A stretch of 64,000 nt of DNA from positions 98,830,001-98,894,000 of the forward strand of contig NC_086108.1 in NCBI RefSeq assembly GCF_963921235.1, written 5' to 3'. A program made the translations under genes and the position numbers. This DNA comes from Mobula hypostoma. Taxonomy: Eukaryota. Positions 1 to 14,240 of this stretch are shown piece after piece. The first letter of the stretch is position 1, and every line of letters begins with the position of its first letter. The notes below the pieces were generated by a model that was given only the letters and a program-made list of their open reading frames with translations, had not been told where the DNA came from and searched no databases.

Positions 1-506
1 TACAATTTGCCTACCACCACAACAGATCTGTAGTGGATGCAATCTCACTGACTGTCCACTGAGCTTTGGACCACCCGGACAACAGAAATACCTATGTCAG
101 GCTCCTATTTATCATTACAGCTGAGCATTCAACACCATCATCCCCTCAGTTCTAATCAATAAGCTTCATAACCTGGACCTCTGTACCTTGCTATGGAAAT
201 GGAGGCAGCATCCATCATTAGGAACTCTCACCACCCAGGAAAGGCCCTGTTCTCATTTCTATCATCAGGGAGAAGGTATAGGAACAGGAAGACACATGCT
301 CAACATTTTAGGAACAGCTTCTTCCCCTTAGCCATCAGATTTCTGAACGGATAATGAACCCAAGAACAATACCTCACTATTCCTCTTTTGCATGAGCTAT
401 TTCTTCATATTGTAACTTATCTTAATTTGTTATGTCTGTACAGTTACCAGAAAACAAATTTCCAAACTAATGTCAATGACAATATACCAGATTCTGATTC
501 AGATTC
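1..506 (+). mobile_element. Decayed Rex/Babar (L2-group) LINE fragment with internal deletion
   Basis: RT-like remnants (QFAY..., AFNTII) joined to the C-terminal NSFFP-type region, plus an (ATTCTG)n-like tail. Confidence 0.6.
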
Positions 507-511
507 ATTTA

Positions 512-2110
512 CAGTTGAAGTCAGAAGTTTACATACACCTTAGCCAAATACATTTAAACTCAGTTTTTCACAATTCCTGACATTTAATCCTAGAAAACAT
601 TCCCTGTCTTACGTCAGTTAGGATCACTACTTTATTTTAAGAATGTGAAATGTCAGAATAATAGTAGAGAGAATGATTTATTTCGGCTTTTATTTTTTTC
701 ATCACTTTCCCAGTGGGGTAGAAGTTTACATACACTTTTTTGGTATTTGGTAGCATTGCCTTTAAATTGTTTAACTTGGGTGAAATGTTTTGGGTAGCCT
801 TCCACAAGCTTCTTACAGTAAGTTGCTGAAATTTTGTTCCATTCCTCCAGACAGAACTGGTGTAACTGAGTCAGGTTTGTAGGCCTCCTTGCTCGCACAC
901 GCTTTTTCAGTTCTGCCCAGAAATTTTCTATTGGATTGAGGTCAGAAAATGATGTCGTCTGGTTCATCCTTGGGAGCAATTTCCAAACGCCTGAAGGTAC
1001 CACGTTCATCTGTACAAACAACAGTACGCAAGCATAAACACCATGGGACCACGCAGCCATCATACCGCTCAGGAAGGAGACACATTCTGTCTCCTAGAGA
1101 TGAACGTACTTTGGCGCGAAAAGTGCAAATCAATCCCAGAACAACAGCAAAGGACCTTGTGAAGATGCTGGAGGAAACAGGTAGACAAGTATCTATATCC
1201 AGAGAAAAGCAAGTGCTATATCGACATAACCTGAAAGGTTGCTCAGCAAGGAAGAAGCCACTGCTCCAAAACTGCTAGAAAAAAGCCAGACTACAGTTTG
1301 CAAGTGCACATGGGGACAAAGATCTTACTTTTTGGAGAAATGTCCTCTGGTCTGATGAAACAAAAATTGAACTGTTTGGCCATAATGACCATCATTATGT
1401 TTGGAGGAAAAAGGGTGAGGCTTGCAAGCTGAAGAACACCATCCCAACCGTGAAGCATGGGGGTGGCAGCATGTTGTCAGGGGGCTTTGCTGCAGGAGGA
1501 CTCATGCACTTCACAAAATAGATGGCATCATGAGGAAGGAAAATTATGTGGATATATTGAAGCAACATCTCAAGACATCAGCCACGAAGTTAAAGCTAGG
1601 TCGCAAATGGGTCTTCCAAATGGACAATGACCCCAAGCATACCTCCAAAGTTATGGCAAAATTGCTTAAGGATAACAAAGTCAAGGTATTGGAGTGGCCA
1701 TCACAAAGCCCTGACCTCAATCCAATAGAAAATTTGTGGACAGAACTGAAAAAGCATGTGCGAGCAAGGAGGCCTACAAACCTGACTCAATTACACCAGT
1801 GTAACTTACTGTGAGAAGCTTGTGGAAGGCTACCCAAAACGTTTGACCCAAGTTAAACAATTTAAAGGCAATGCTACCAAATACTAAAAAGGTGTATGTA
1901 AACTTCTGACGCACTGGGAAAGTGATGAAAGAAATAAAAGCTGAAATAAATCATTCTCTCTACTATTATTCTGACATTTCACATTCTCAAAATAGTGATC
2001 CTAACTGACCTAAGACAGGGAACGTTTTCTAGGATTAAATGTCAGGAATTGTGAAAAACTGAGCTTAAATATATTTGGCTAAGGTGTATGTAAACTTCTG
2101 ATTTCAACTG
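512..2110 (+). mobile_element. Sleeping Beauty/salmonid-type Tc1 transposon, defective and rearranged
   Basis: TA|CAGTTGAAGTCAGAAGTTTACATACAC ... GTGTATGTAAACTTCTGATTTCAACTG|TA; IR/DR ends; transposase motifs SGSSLGAISKRLKVPRSS, WSDETK, MDNDPKH, SPDLNPIE with stops and frameshifts. Confidence 0.93.
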
Positions 2111-2319
2111 TATATGAAGCATGCATTATATCTTCTATATGTGAAATGGCTTACAACAGTAAAACATCACACACAACACGTAAATGATCACAATTTACTT
2201 ATTTCAACAGATCTTTCATGATCATAGTGCTAAACATCAGTCACATCTCATTTCGAAATCAATATTTTATGCCCCAGTTCTCTAGCTCATTCAAGTTAAA
2301 GAACTTATTTTTATAATCG

Positions 2320-3629
2320 TAAGACAATGGGGTGACCCGTTGGGGCACCCTTTGAGAGAAGGGTAGTGCAGTCTGGTGTGACCAGAATGAACATTAAATT
2401 TTCCTGAATGCTACTGGTATTGTTTTGCTTTGGAAATTGAAGAAGAAAACCTCAGTTTATTAAAGAAGAATGACGCATAACAAGGCAAATATAGCTCCTC
2501 CTCGTTTAACGAAGGACACTTTTGATGGCATCATTTCTGGTTGATCTGCCACCCTTGCGCCTCTCGTTGTCATTCTGGAGATGTGCAGTCCTTTCATCCG
2601 CCATCTCTTCAACTCTTCTGTTTATTCTTTGTCTCTGATCTTGGAGACGTGCATTTCGCTGCTCCTTTGTCTCTTCGTCTCTCCTCCTTCTGTGCCTGTT
2701 TTTGTCATTCTGGAGACGTGCAGCCCTTTCATCCCCCGTCTCTTCACCTCTTCTGCAGTTTGTTGTTTGTCTCTGATCCTGGAGACATACATTTCTCAGC
2801 TCCTTTGTCTCTCCCTCCTTCGACGCCAGTTGTTGTCATTTTGGAGATGTGCATGCCTCTCCTCCTCTGTCTCTTCTTCCCTCATCTTTTTTGTCCTGAC
2901 TCTTTGATCCTGGAGTCGTGCGGCTCTGGCTTCATCCAGTTCTTCTCTCCCTCTCCTTGCCATTTCCCGATGACGTTTGGGCGTCATCTCTTGACCATAA
3001 TTTCCCCATTCTCTTTCCACACGGCATAATTAGGCTGACCATATTTTTTTTACTCTAATGCTGGATAGAAGACACATAGCAATAACACCAAAGCCTCCAG
3101 GATGCTGATTATTCTTGATGATGTGGTTGGAGTTAAATGGATGTGATATAGTCACCACTGTCCTTTGACTGCAGCAAAGGGTTTGATGGGTGTCTCGAAG
3201 TACGTCATTACAATAAGATTTAATTATCTCTTATTGATGGGTCTCAGTTTGATCTGTCCCAATCCTGCACATGCTGATGGTGATTAGCAGAATGTGACCG
3301 CTCAAAATAGAGATGCCCTGCCCTTTTGCTCCGGTTGGTGTTGCTACTGTGAGCATCGTGAGTCACTTCTAAGGTTGGCCGTATGCATGTGTCGTGGTGT
3401 CGTGTCGCGGTTTCCATCATGGCTGACATCGGCTCTCAGGTGAAAGCAGGGCTGTTGATTTTGGCGAGTGAGCAATTTTATATGAATATATAACCCTGGA
3501 CTTTGCCTGCATTCTGTAAGTTAGCGCATTTAAATCGATTTAGCCAAAAATAGTGCCGCTGTAGTCCACCGTTTGCGCTAATTGGAGGTCACAAACGAAC
3601 AGAGCATGAGAGTTTTAGTAGTATATAGA
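2320..3629 (-). mobile_element. Non-autonomous Helitron (probable)
   Basis: 5' A|TCTATATACTACTAAAAC; charged repeats EEETEEERHAHLQND like RepHel N-termini; degenerate G.LYVAL..V helicase-end motif near 2470-2520; subterminal GC hairpin at 2329-2350; 3' CTRR end is imperfect. Confidence 0.6.
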
Positions 3630-4302
3630 TGCAATGAGATGATACATCAACTCATTTTCCAGCAATGTCCACCACTCACAGAGAAAGGATTTTTTGAATC
3701 TATGATTTCAGAAGGAACTTGGGGGTCATACATTTACAGAGAAACTAATTTCTGATCTATTGAATTTGGTATGTTAGTACATGGTAAATCTTGATGTTAA
3801 CACGTCACTAGTATACAAAATAGATTTAACAGTAGATTACGTTACAACTTTAAATTACTGGAGATGGAACTCTTCTTCATGTTATACTTCACAGACATGC
3901 TTCCCTGACACTATACATGCTTTAACAAATCAAAATTCTGGAACTTGAGTATGGTCAAATAGTTCTTGATACATAAAAGGAGATTAAATAAGAGAAGGAC
4001 TCTTCTGGCTGGACCCCTTCTGAAAGTGTGTGATCAATGAACTCAATTAATTTTTGAATACTTGTTTCAAGTTCTAGGTCAAGTTTTTTGTCATTTGACT
4101 GTACATATATACAACCAAAAAAAACGTTCCTCCAGACCATGGTGCACCCACAATACATATATCACACACAGCACATAAATAACCACAAGTAAGTTTATAA
4201 AATATAATTCAAAGTGCATGTAGTGCACAGCACAGATAAACAGTAAATAGTTCGCTGTGCTAGTAACAAGACGTTGGTGGTGGTAGGGTATCCATTAGTC
4301 TC

Positions 4303-5074
4303 ATTATCCATTATTATCTGAATGGTGGCCGATTAGGAAAAGGGGAGGTGCAACGAGACCTGGGTGTCATTATACACCAGTCATTGAAAGTGGGCATGCA
4401 GGTACAGCAGGCGGTGAAAAAGGCGAATGGTATGCTGGCATTTATAGCGAGAGGATTCGAGTACAGGAGCAGGGAGGTACTACTGCAGTTGTACAAGGCC
4501 TTGGTGAGACCACACCTGGAGTATTGTGTGCAGTTTTGGTCCCCTAATCTGAGGAAAGACATCCTTGCCATAGAGGGAGTACAAAGAAGGTTCACCAGAT
4601 TGATTCCTGGGATGGCAGGACTTTCATATGAAGAAAGACTGGATGAACTGGGCTTGTACTCGTTGGAATTTAGAAGATTGAGGGGGGATCTGATTGAAAC
4701 GTATAAAATCCTAAAGGGATTGGACAGGCTACATGCAGGAAGATTGTTCCTGATGTTAGGGAAGTCCAGAACAAGGGGTCACAGTTTGAGGATAAAGGGG
4801 AAGCCTTTTAGGACCGAGATTAGGAAAAACTTCTTCACACAGAGAGTGGTGAATCTGTGGAATTCTCTGCCACAGGAAACAGTTGAGGCCGGTTCATTGG
4901 CTATATTTAAGAGGGAGTTAGATATGGCCCTTGTGGCTACGGGGATCAGGGGGTATGGAGGGAAGGCTGGTGCAGGGTTCTGAGTTGGATGATCAGCCAT
5001 GATCATAATAAATGGCGGTGCAGGCACGAAGGGCCGAATGGCCTACTCCTGCACCTATTTTCACTGTTTCTATG
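4303..5074 (+). mobile_element. 5'-truncated CR1 LINE nested in an older Rex/Babar-type remnant
   Basis: Open 211-aa ORF2 C-terminus (LVRPHLEYCVQFWSP, RLRGDLIETYKI); 3' UTR with TTTCTATG tail; short GTCTCA duplication on both sides. Confidence 0.9.
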
Positions 5075-5481
5075 TCTCACAGCCTGAGGGAATGTTGTGT
5101 TTAAATACAGAAAGTACTACACATAGTAGATATTTATAAGCAGCTTTGCTGTTCTAAACAAATTATTTATTTCTTGGCTATATCATATGATGAGGTAATA
5201 CAGTGGAAAGAAAAATCAAAGACAATGATAGAATTTGTAAGAATCCACATAGTAAATGAATTGAGAGAAATACAAACAGGAAGGGATATTGGTACAAAAC
5301 GATGTATATATGATAAATGAAAAACTGAACTTTTATACCTGTTATCTTCAGGCACAGCTACCTTAATTTTAAAATGTATCTGCATAACTTTAGATCCCAT
5401 CATTTAGTTTGATGACTGAAAATTCAATGAGTTTGAAAATCCAGAAAACAAATATTGTAGACATATAGTTCTGAAAAGCTA

Positions 5482-5691
<210 letters not shown>

Positions 5692-5731
5692 CTAACAAGA
5701 GCAGAAAATAGAGTGTAATCATTTATTGTTA

Positions 5732-5950
<219 letters not shown>

Positions 5951-6482
5951 TCACTTGTAGTTAAACATTTTTTGGAGTGTGCAGTTATACAATTAAAATT
6001 ATCTTTAATAACAGTACATAATAAATTGAGACATTCAAGAAACATACTTCTGAATTCACAGTTGTGTAGGTGCTGAATAGAATATCGCAGACCATATGGA
6101 AATATGTTATGACTACAAAAATAATACCTGAGGGGGAGCTGCCAGCAAAAGTGGTGGATACATGTTGATTGCAATATTTAAGAGAAGTCTGGATAAGTAC
6201 ATAGATGGGAGGGGTGTGGAAGGCTATGGTCCAGGTACAGGTTGATGGAATTTGGCAGAATAACAGTTCAGCACAGATTAAAGGGCACGTTTCTATGCTG
6301 TAGATGATTTTAATTATAAAAACGTTACAGCATGAGTTTTAATTTGGGGTTATAATACTTATATAAATTATGATTTGCATAATGAGAACAGGCCAATTGA
6401 ACAAACTAATAACATAAGGCATTTTGCCACGGATCAATTATTGTGCTAACATGTGGAGAAATTTCAGGAACAGTGAACTTCA

Positions 6483-6653
<171 letters not shown>

Positions 6654-8767
6654 TCAATAGCTTTGGGGTTAAGAGGACAGGAGTAAGAGCAGGGAACAAG
6701 TTGTTATTTTCTCCTGTTGTACAGTTCAGATAGCCACATGAATATTGATGGAGATAACTTTAAGCACAAGTTCAGCTTTGAAAAACTCCTTCCACTTGAG
6801 CTTTGCCAAATAACGTCAAGTTGAAATAGAGTGCTGTTTATTTGCCACTGAAAGATACACTTTGGTCTACTGTGCACATGCTTGCTCATAAAAAAGGCCA
6901 TTTGTCCAATGTGCCCATGCTGTAAATTTGATGGAGTTATTCAATTAATATCACTCCCATGCTCTTTTTCCTCAGCCTTGCAGCTTTGCCCTTCAAGTAT
7001 TCATCTAATTATTACTTACCAGTGAGTCTACTTTCAATAGACAGGCAGTGCGCCACGGAGCACAAATCCCCATTTCTGGCAATCACTTCAAATTTACATC
7101 CTCAATTTTTCTACTCTTCCACAACTGAAAACAGATTCCATCAAATCCATTCAGGAGTTCCAACAACTTTATTAAATCTCCTATTAAACTTCTCTGATTA
7201 AAGAGATACTCCCATTTTCTCTAGTTTCCACAGAATGGCAGCTACTCATCCCGAGTACCATTCAATTAAATCACTTCAATCACTGGAATCACTTCAAAGC
7301 TTTAGCATCCTTCCTAAAGTTCAGAACCAGTTAACATCACATAGAAACCAATTAGTCATAATAACAATTCAATATTACTTTCTTACACTTGTATATTTTA
7401 ATCCAAGCAGGGTTCCAATATTTTTTTAAGGCAGACTTTTCAATTTGTTCTCTCACTTCAAGAATTTGTTCATATGCTCACCCAGGCCTTTCTGCATATC
7501 CATCCTTTTTTATATTGCACCATTTAATTCACATGGTCTTTCCTTATTCTTCACATTGCTCAGTACAAGTTTCATTGGCCACACGTTTTTCTACAAAGTT
7601 TGAAATTATGCTCAAGACATAAAAAGGAGCAAAGGGTCACAATACCAATTTAGGGGATCATCGCTTCACTATTTAACTTTGGTTATAAAAAACAATCATT
7701 TTATTCTCCTTTCTGCCAATTAACCAATTTGAAAACTGTGTTACTGCCACCCCTATATCCCATGGGTTTTCATTTTGTTAATGACTATATTTCCAAATGC
7801 TTTTGAACTTAATCAACATAAAAAGTTCATCTGCACAGCAGTAACCTTCACTAACCTCATCTCTTATAAATTAGTAAAACACGACCCTTAATAAACCACA
7901 GCATCTCTTTATTTGCCTATAATTTTGCAACTAGAAAATCATTTTGTCCCAAGTACTGTTTTTGAAGGCTTTCTTATCACTGAGGCTAAAAAAAAGTTGC
8001 TAGCCTCCACTTTTTTCCTTTAACCTGGTATTTCAATAGTCTGCAAAGAGATCAACAATCAAGGGATTACTCTCAGACTCCGACCAATACTAATCCTTTT
8101 TTCTTAATCTGGAGACAAAATTTACTGTTAACAGATTACATTTGATGACAAATGCTCAGAGGAGGTTTGTAAAGGTCAACTGATAAACATTTATTCAGTT
8201 TCTGGGTTAAAATTAGAATATCAGGAGGAACCACCAAGCAGTAATCTCATCAAAGGATTCAAATTATATTATCTGAAAGGCCCAAGATAACATTACCAAT
8301 TCAATTACTTCCAAATACCTGTTACAGGCTTTCATTTGTTCAAGGAATGTAAAGCTGCTGCAAAGCAATCACATATTTCTGCATCAAATAATCTTAGTAG
8401 TGCATCACCCTTCCCCCAAACCAGATTTTGCCCATGCACTGTTTACTTCTCATGTGTGTTAAGCTATGTTTAGTGATCGATATTTGAGCAGTGTTTAGGA
8501 AATTGGCCTAGTAGTTAAAACTGCAATTTGCAGAGATTTATCAAGAAAGCAAATTTATTTTGTCAGCAATCAAGTGTGAATATACAACATTTCTGATAGT
8601 TGGAGTAAAGTGTATCATTAATTCTGCACTTGTTAATAAGTTAGGGAATGATTCAAAAACAAACCAGGTTATGTAGTTTGGGAATGCTAATGAGGCTATG
8701 ACATACAACAAGAATTGTAGGGTCTTTGGAAGGAACAGAGGGGCCTTGGAATACAAGTCCTTGGATT

Positions 8768-11700
8768 AACCATATAACCAAATAACAATTACAGCACAGA
8801 AACAGCTATCTCGGCCCTTCTAGTCCGTGCTGAACTCTTACTCTCACCTACTCCCACCGACCTGCACTCAGCCCATAACCCTCCATTCCTTTCCTGTCCA
8901 TATAGCTGTCCAATTTAACTTTAAACGACAACATCGAACCTGCCTCAACACCTTCCGCTGGAAGCTCGTTCCACACAGCTACGACTCTCTGAGTAAAGAA
9001 GTTACCCCTCATGTTACCCCTAATCTTTTGCCCTTTAACTCTCAACTCATGTCCTCTTGTTTGAATCTCCCCGACTCTCAATGGAAAAAGCCTATCCACG
9101 TCAACTCTATCTATCCCCCTCATAATTTTAACTATCTTTATCAAGTCCCCCCTCAACCTTTTATGTTCCAGAGGATAAAGACCTTTCTCTGTAACTTAGG
9201 TGATGAAACCCAGGTAACATTCTAGTAAACCTTCTCTGTACTCTCTCTATTTTGTTGACATCTTTCCTATAATTCGGTGACCAGAACTGTACACAATACT
9301 CCAAATTTGGCCTCACCAATGCCTTGTACAATTTCAACATTACATCCCAACTCCTATACTCAATGCTCTGATTTCTAAAAGCCAGCATACCAAAAGCTTT
9401 CTCCCCCACCCTATCCACATGAGATTCCACCTTAAGGGAACTATGCACCATTATTCCTAGATCCCTCTGTTCTACTGCATTCTTCAATGCCCTACCATTT
9501 ACCATGTATGTCCTATTTTGATTAGTCCTACCAAAATATAGCACCTCACATTTATCAGCATTAAACTCCATCTGCCATCTTTCAGCTCACTCTTCTAACT
9601 GGCCAAAATCTCTCTGCAAGCTTTGAAAACCTACTTCATTATCCACAACTCCACCTATCTTAGTATCATCTGCATACTTACTCATCCAATTTACCACCCC
9701 ATCATCCAGATCATTAATGTATATGACAAACAACATTAGACCCACTACAGATCCCTGAGGCACACCACTAGTCACCAGCCTCCAATCTGACAAACAGTTA
9801 TCCACCACTACTCTCTGGCGTCTCCCATCCAGCCACTGCTGAATCCATTTTACTACTTCAATACCTAGTGATTGAACCTTCCTAACTAACCTTCCATGTG
9901 GAGCCTTGTCAGAGGCCTTACTGAAGTCCATATAGACAACATCCACCACTTTACCCTCGTCAACTTTCCTAGTAACCTCTTCAAAAATTTCAATAAGATT
10001 TGTCAAACATGACCTTCCATGCACAAATCCATGTTGACTGTTCCTAATCAGACCCTGTCTATCCAGATTAATTATATATACCATCCCTAAGAATACTTTC
10101 CATCAATTTACCCACCACTGACGTCAAACTCACAGGCCGGTAATTGCTAGGTTTACTCTTAGAACCCTTTTTAAACAATGGAACAACATGAGCAATATGC
10201 CAATCCTCCGGCACCATCCCCTGCTATTTCCACACTAACTTCCCTCAAGGTCCTAAGGAATATCCTGTCAGGACCCGGAGACTTACCCACTTTTATATTC
10301 CTTAAAAGCTCCAGTACTTCCTCTTCTTTAATCAACATAGTTTTCATAACTTCTCTACCTGTTTCCCGTTTACACAATTCAATATCCTTCTCCTTAGTGA
10401 ATACTGAAGAAAACAAATTGTTCAGAATCTCCCCCATCTCTTTTGGCTCCACACATAGCTGTCCACTCTGATTCTCTAAGGGACCAATTTTATCCCTGAC
10501 TATGCTTTTGCTATTAATATAACTGTAGAAACCCTTGGGATTTATTGTCACCTTACTTGGCAAAGCAACCTCATAACTTTTAGCTTTTCTAATTTCTTTC
10601 TTAAGATTCTTTTTACATTCTTTATATTCCTTGAGCACGTCATTTACTCCATACTACCTATATTTATTGTAGATATCTCTCATTTTTGGAATCAAGTTTC
10701 TAATATCCCTTGAAAACCATGGCTCTCTCAAACTTTTAACCTTTCCTTTCAACCTAACAGGAACATAAAGATTCTGTACCCTCAAAATTTCACCTTTAAA
10801 TGACCTCCATTTCTCTATTACATTCTTCCCATAAAAGAAATTGTCCCAATCCACTCCTTCTAAATCTTTTTGCATCTCCTCAAAGTTAGCCTTTCTCCAA
10901 TCAAAAATCTCAACCCTGGGTCCAGACCTATCCTTCTCCATAATTATACTGAAACTAATACAATTGTGATCACTGGACCCAAAGTGCTCCCTAACACAAA
11001 CCTCCATCACCTGACCTATCTCATTCCCTAACAGGAGATCCAACACTGCCCCTTCTCTAGTTGGTACCTCTATGTATTGCTGCAAAAAATTATCCTGCAC
11101 ACATTTTACAAACTCCAAACCATCCAACCCTTTTACAGTATGGGCTTCCCAGTCTATGTGTGGAAAATTAAAATCTCCCACAATCACAACCTTGTGCTTA
11201 CTACAAATATCTGCTATCTCCTTACAAATTTGCTCCTCGAATTCTCGCTCCCCATTTGGTGGTCTATAATATACCCCTATAAGTGTTACTACGCTTTTCC
11301 CATTCCTCAATTCCACCCAAATAGCCTCTCTAGATGAGCCCTCTAATCTACCTTGCCAGAGCACTGCTGTAATATTTTCTCTGACAAGCAATGCAACACC
11401 TCCCCCTCTTGTCCCTCCGACTCTATCACACCTGAAACAATAAAATCCAGGAATATTTAGTTGCCAATCACACCCCTCCTGTAACCATGTTTCACTAATA
11501 GCTACCACATCATATTTCCAGGTATCAATCCATACTTTAAGCTCATCCACCTTTCTTATAATGCTCCTAGCATTAAAATAAATGCATTTAAGAAATTTTC
11601 ACCTCTTACTCGCTGTTTATCACTAACGGTGCAAAAAACTTTACTATTTTCTTTTTCTTCCTTCTCCCCTACATCTGTTCTGACACTCTGGTTCCCCTCC

Positions 11701-12288
11701 CCCCCTGTATCGTTTAAATCCACCGGAGCTTCTCTAGCAAACCTATCTGCAAGAATATTTGTCCTCCTCCAGTTCAGATGTAAACCGGCCCGCCGGAACA
11801 GGTCCCACCTTCCCTGGAAAACTGCCCAATTATCTATAAATCTGACGCCCTCCCTCCTGTACCATGTCTTCAGCTACGTGTCGATCTGCACTATCTTACT
11901 ATTTCTAAACCCACCTGCACGTGGAACTGGAAGCAATCCTGAGATTGCTATCCTGGAGGTCCTGTCCTTTAACTTGGAGTCTAACTCCCTAAACTCACCT
12001 TTCAGGACCTCCTCACTCTTCCTACCCATGTCATTGGTCCCTACATGGACTACGACATCTGGCTGGCTGCTCACCCTCCCTCTTGAGAATACTGAGAACT
12101 CGATCCGAGATATCGCAGACCTTGGCACCAGGGAGGTAACAAACCATCCGGGATTCTCGATCTCTTCCAGAGAACCTCTCATCTGTCCCCCTATTGAATC
12201 TCCTATCACTACTGCTCTCCTCTTTTCCCTCCTTCCCTTCTGAATTGAGGGTCCCATCTCGGTGCCAGAGACGCAACCACTGCAACTT
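8768..12288 (-). mobile_element. Long CR1 LINE (ORF1 esterase, APE endonuclease, RT), frameshifted
   Basis: ORF1 VIGDSI...VHVGTND (SGNH esterase); 298-aa APE ORF (SETWL, YRPP, GDFN, SDH); RT with YADD; GTTATATG tail; degenerate TSD GTCCnnGGATT. Confidence 0.93.
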
Positions 12289-12597
12289 GTCCCAGGATTC
12301 TTGAAGATGATAACAAGGTAAGATAACATGGTTAGGAAAGCATATGAGATCCTGGTCTTCATTAGGCAGGGGACTGAATACGAAGTTAAAAAAAGTTCAA
12401 AGTACATTTATTATTACAGTACATACTGCTTATGTCACCATATAATACCATGTGATTCATTTTCTTGCAGGCATTCACAGTAAATACAAAGAAACACAAT
12501 GAAATCAATGAAAAAATGTACAAGACGGACAAATAACCAATGTGTAAAGGAGAACTGTGCAAATAGAAGGGAGGGAGGGAGGGAGGGAATGTCAACT

Positions 12598-12802
12598 CAG
12601 ACCATGAGAGGCCTGCGTCGGGCATTTTCATGCCTTACAAGGCGCAGATTGGAAGTCTGTGTGGGGCGCTACTCCTCACACAGACACTAGAGCAATGTGT
12701 GGTTAAGTGCCTTGCTCAAGGACACAAACATGCTGCCACAGCTGAGGCTCGAACTAGCGACCTTCAGATCACCAAACGCCTTAACCACTTGGCCACGTGC
12801 CC
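12598..12802 (-). mobile_element. tRNA-derived SINE
   Basis: Pol III A box TGGCCAAGTGG and B box AGTTCGAGCC, followed by GTGTCCTTGAGCAAGGCACTTAAC core. Confidence 0.75.
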
Positions 12803-12919
12803 AACACAAATAGAAAAAAAACCCAAAATAATAATAAATAAGCAATACATATGGAGAACATGAGATGCTGAGTTCCTGCAAGTGAGTACATAGGTTGTGG
12901 GAACAGCTCAGCTTTAGGG

Positions 12920-13500
12920 TTTTGAATACAAAATTCAGTAGCAGGAAGTTATGCTCCAACTTTATAAAACCTTGGTCAGACCTCAACTGAAATAGAGCGT
13001 GCAATTCTGTCACCATGTTGTGAGAAGGATGTAAAAGTGCTGGAGAATATGCAAAGATTCACCAGGGTGTTTCCTTGGATAAAACAGTTGTGAGGAGAAA
13101 CTGGAGAACCTGGTCTGTTCTTACGGAGCAGAAGAAGTCAAGAGGGGACATGATTGAGTTATATAAAACTGAGGGTTATAGACAGAGTGCAACAAGCTTC
13201 CCTACAACAGAGGAAGACAAAACAGGAACACGCAGATTTAGGGATACAGGGAAAGAAATTCAGGCGGAATACCAGGGAACCACTTTCACCCAGAGTGAGA
13301 GGCACCTGGAATGTACTTCCTGAAACTGGGCTGCTGACAGCATTTAAGGAGTGTTTGAAGAGATGAGCACTTAAATTGCTTAGACATAGAAGGGTGTGGA
13401 CCAAGTGCTGAGAGAAAGAGAGAGAAAGAGTGATTATAGAAGGGTACCCACTGTTCAGCATGGATGAGTGGGGCCAAATTGCCTAGAGTGATATATGACT
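12920..13500 (+). mobile_element. Old CR1 3' fragment, continuation of pieces at ~8510-8767 and 12289-12385
   Basis: Degenerate LYKTLVRPQL and SRGDMIELYK motifs, interrupted by younger insertions. Confidence 0.7.
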
Positions 13501-14099
13501 CCGATATTATTAACAATGAGCTGGGCGGTGCCACTCTTTGGGCTGGAAGGGCCAGTTCCACACTATATCTCTAAATAAAATAAATATATAAAATTGTTGT
13601 GCACAGTTGGCCTTTCTAGGGAAAATGTACTTAGAAGTGGGTAAGTAAGGATGGAGAAGGAGAGAAAATGCCACCTTCCCAACTAAGCAGGTCTGAAAAA
13701 GATCACCATCCTGGACAGTAATTGCTGTTCTCTCCATAGATACTGCCCGACCCACTGAGTACTTACAGAATTCTCTAATTTCAGATTCTAGCAAATGTGT
13801 TTTGTATCTCAGTTGTTTTCCCCATTTATCCTCTACTTGCACCTCCTCCACACAGATCAGCAGATTTGCAAACCTCAGCACCCTCTCCTGACCACAATTA
13901 CCATTTTCATCATTTAGTTTCCTGGTTTCCAGGCTCTCCTTACCCTTTCAATCCTGCCTCCTCCTCTGAACCTTAAAAGACAATATTTCATCAGTCTGAA
14001 ATATCCGTTCCATTTGTCTTTAGAGAATCTTTCTTAGATCTATTTCCAGCAATTATATCTTCTTTGTTTTTCAATTAACAATTATGGTCCTGTTACTTA

Positions 14100-14240
<141 letters not shown>

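Noticed and set aside
2541..3029. 162-aa plus-strand ORF with internal repeats as a novel gene
   Set aside because: It is the antisense reading of the charged repeat region in the probable Helitron.
10654..11550. 298-aa open endonuclease ORF as a domesticated gene
   Set aside because: It is embedded in an otherwise frameshifted CR1 ORF2 with no sign of independent gene structure.
12720..12802. tRNA gene
   Set aside because: A and B boxes are present but no complete cloverleaf, and it continues into a SINE body.
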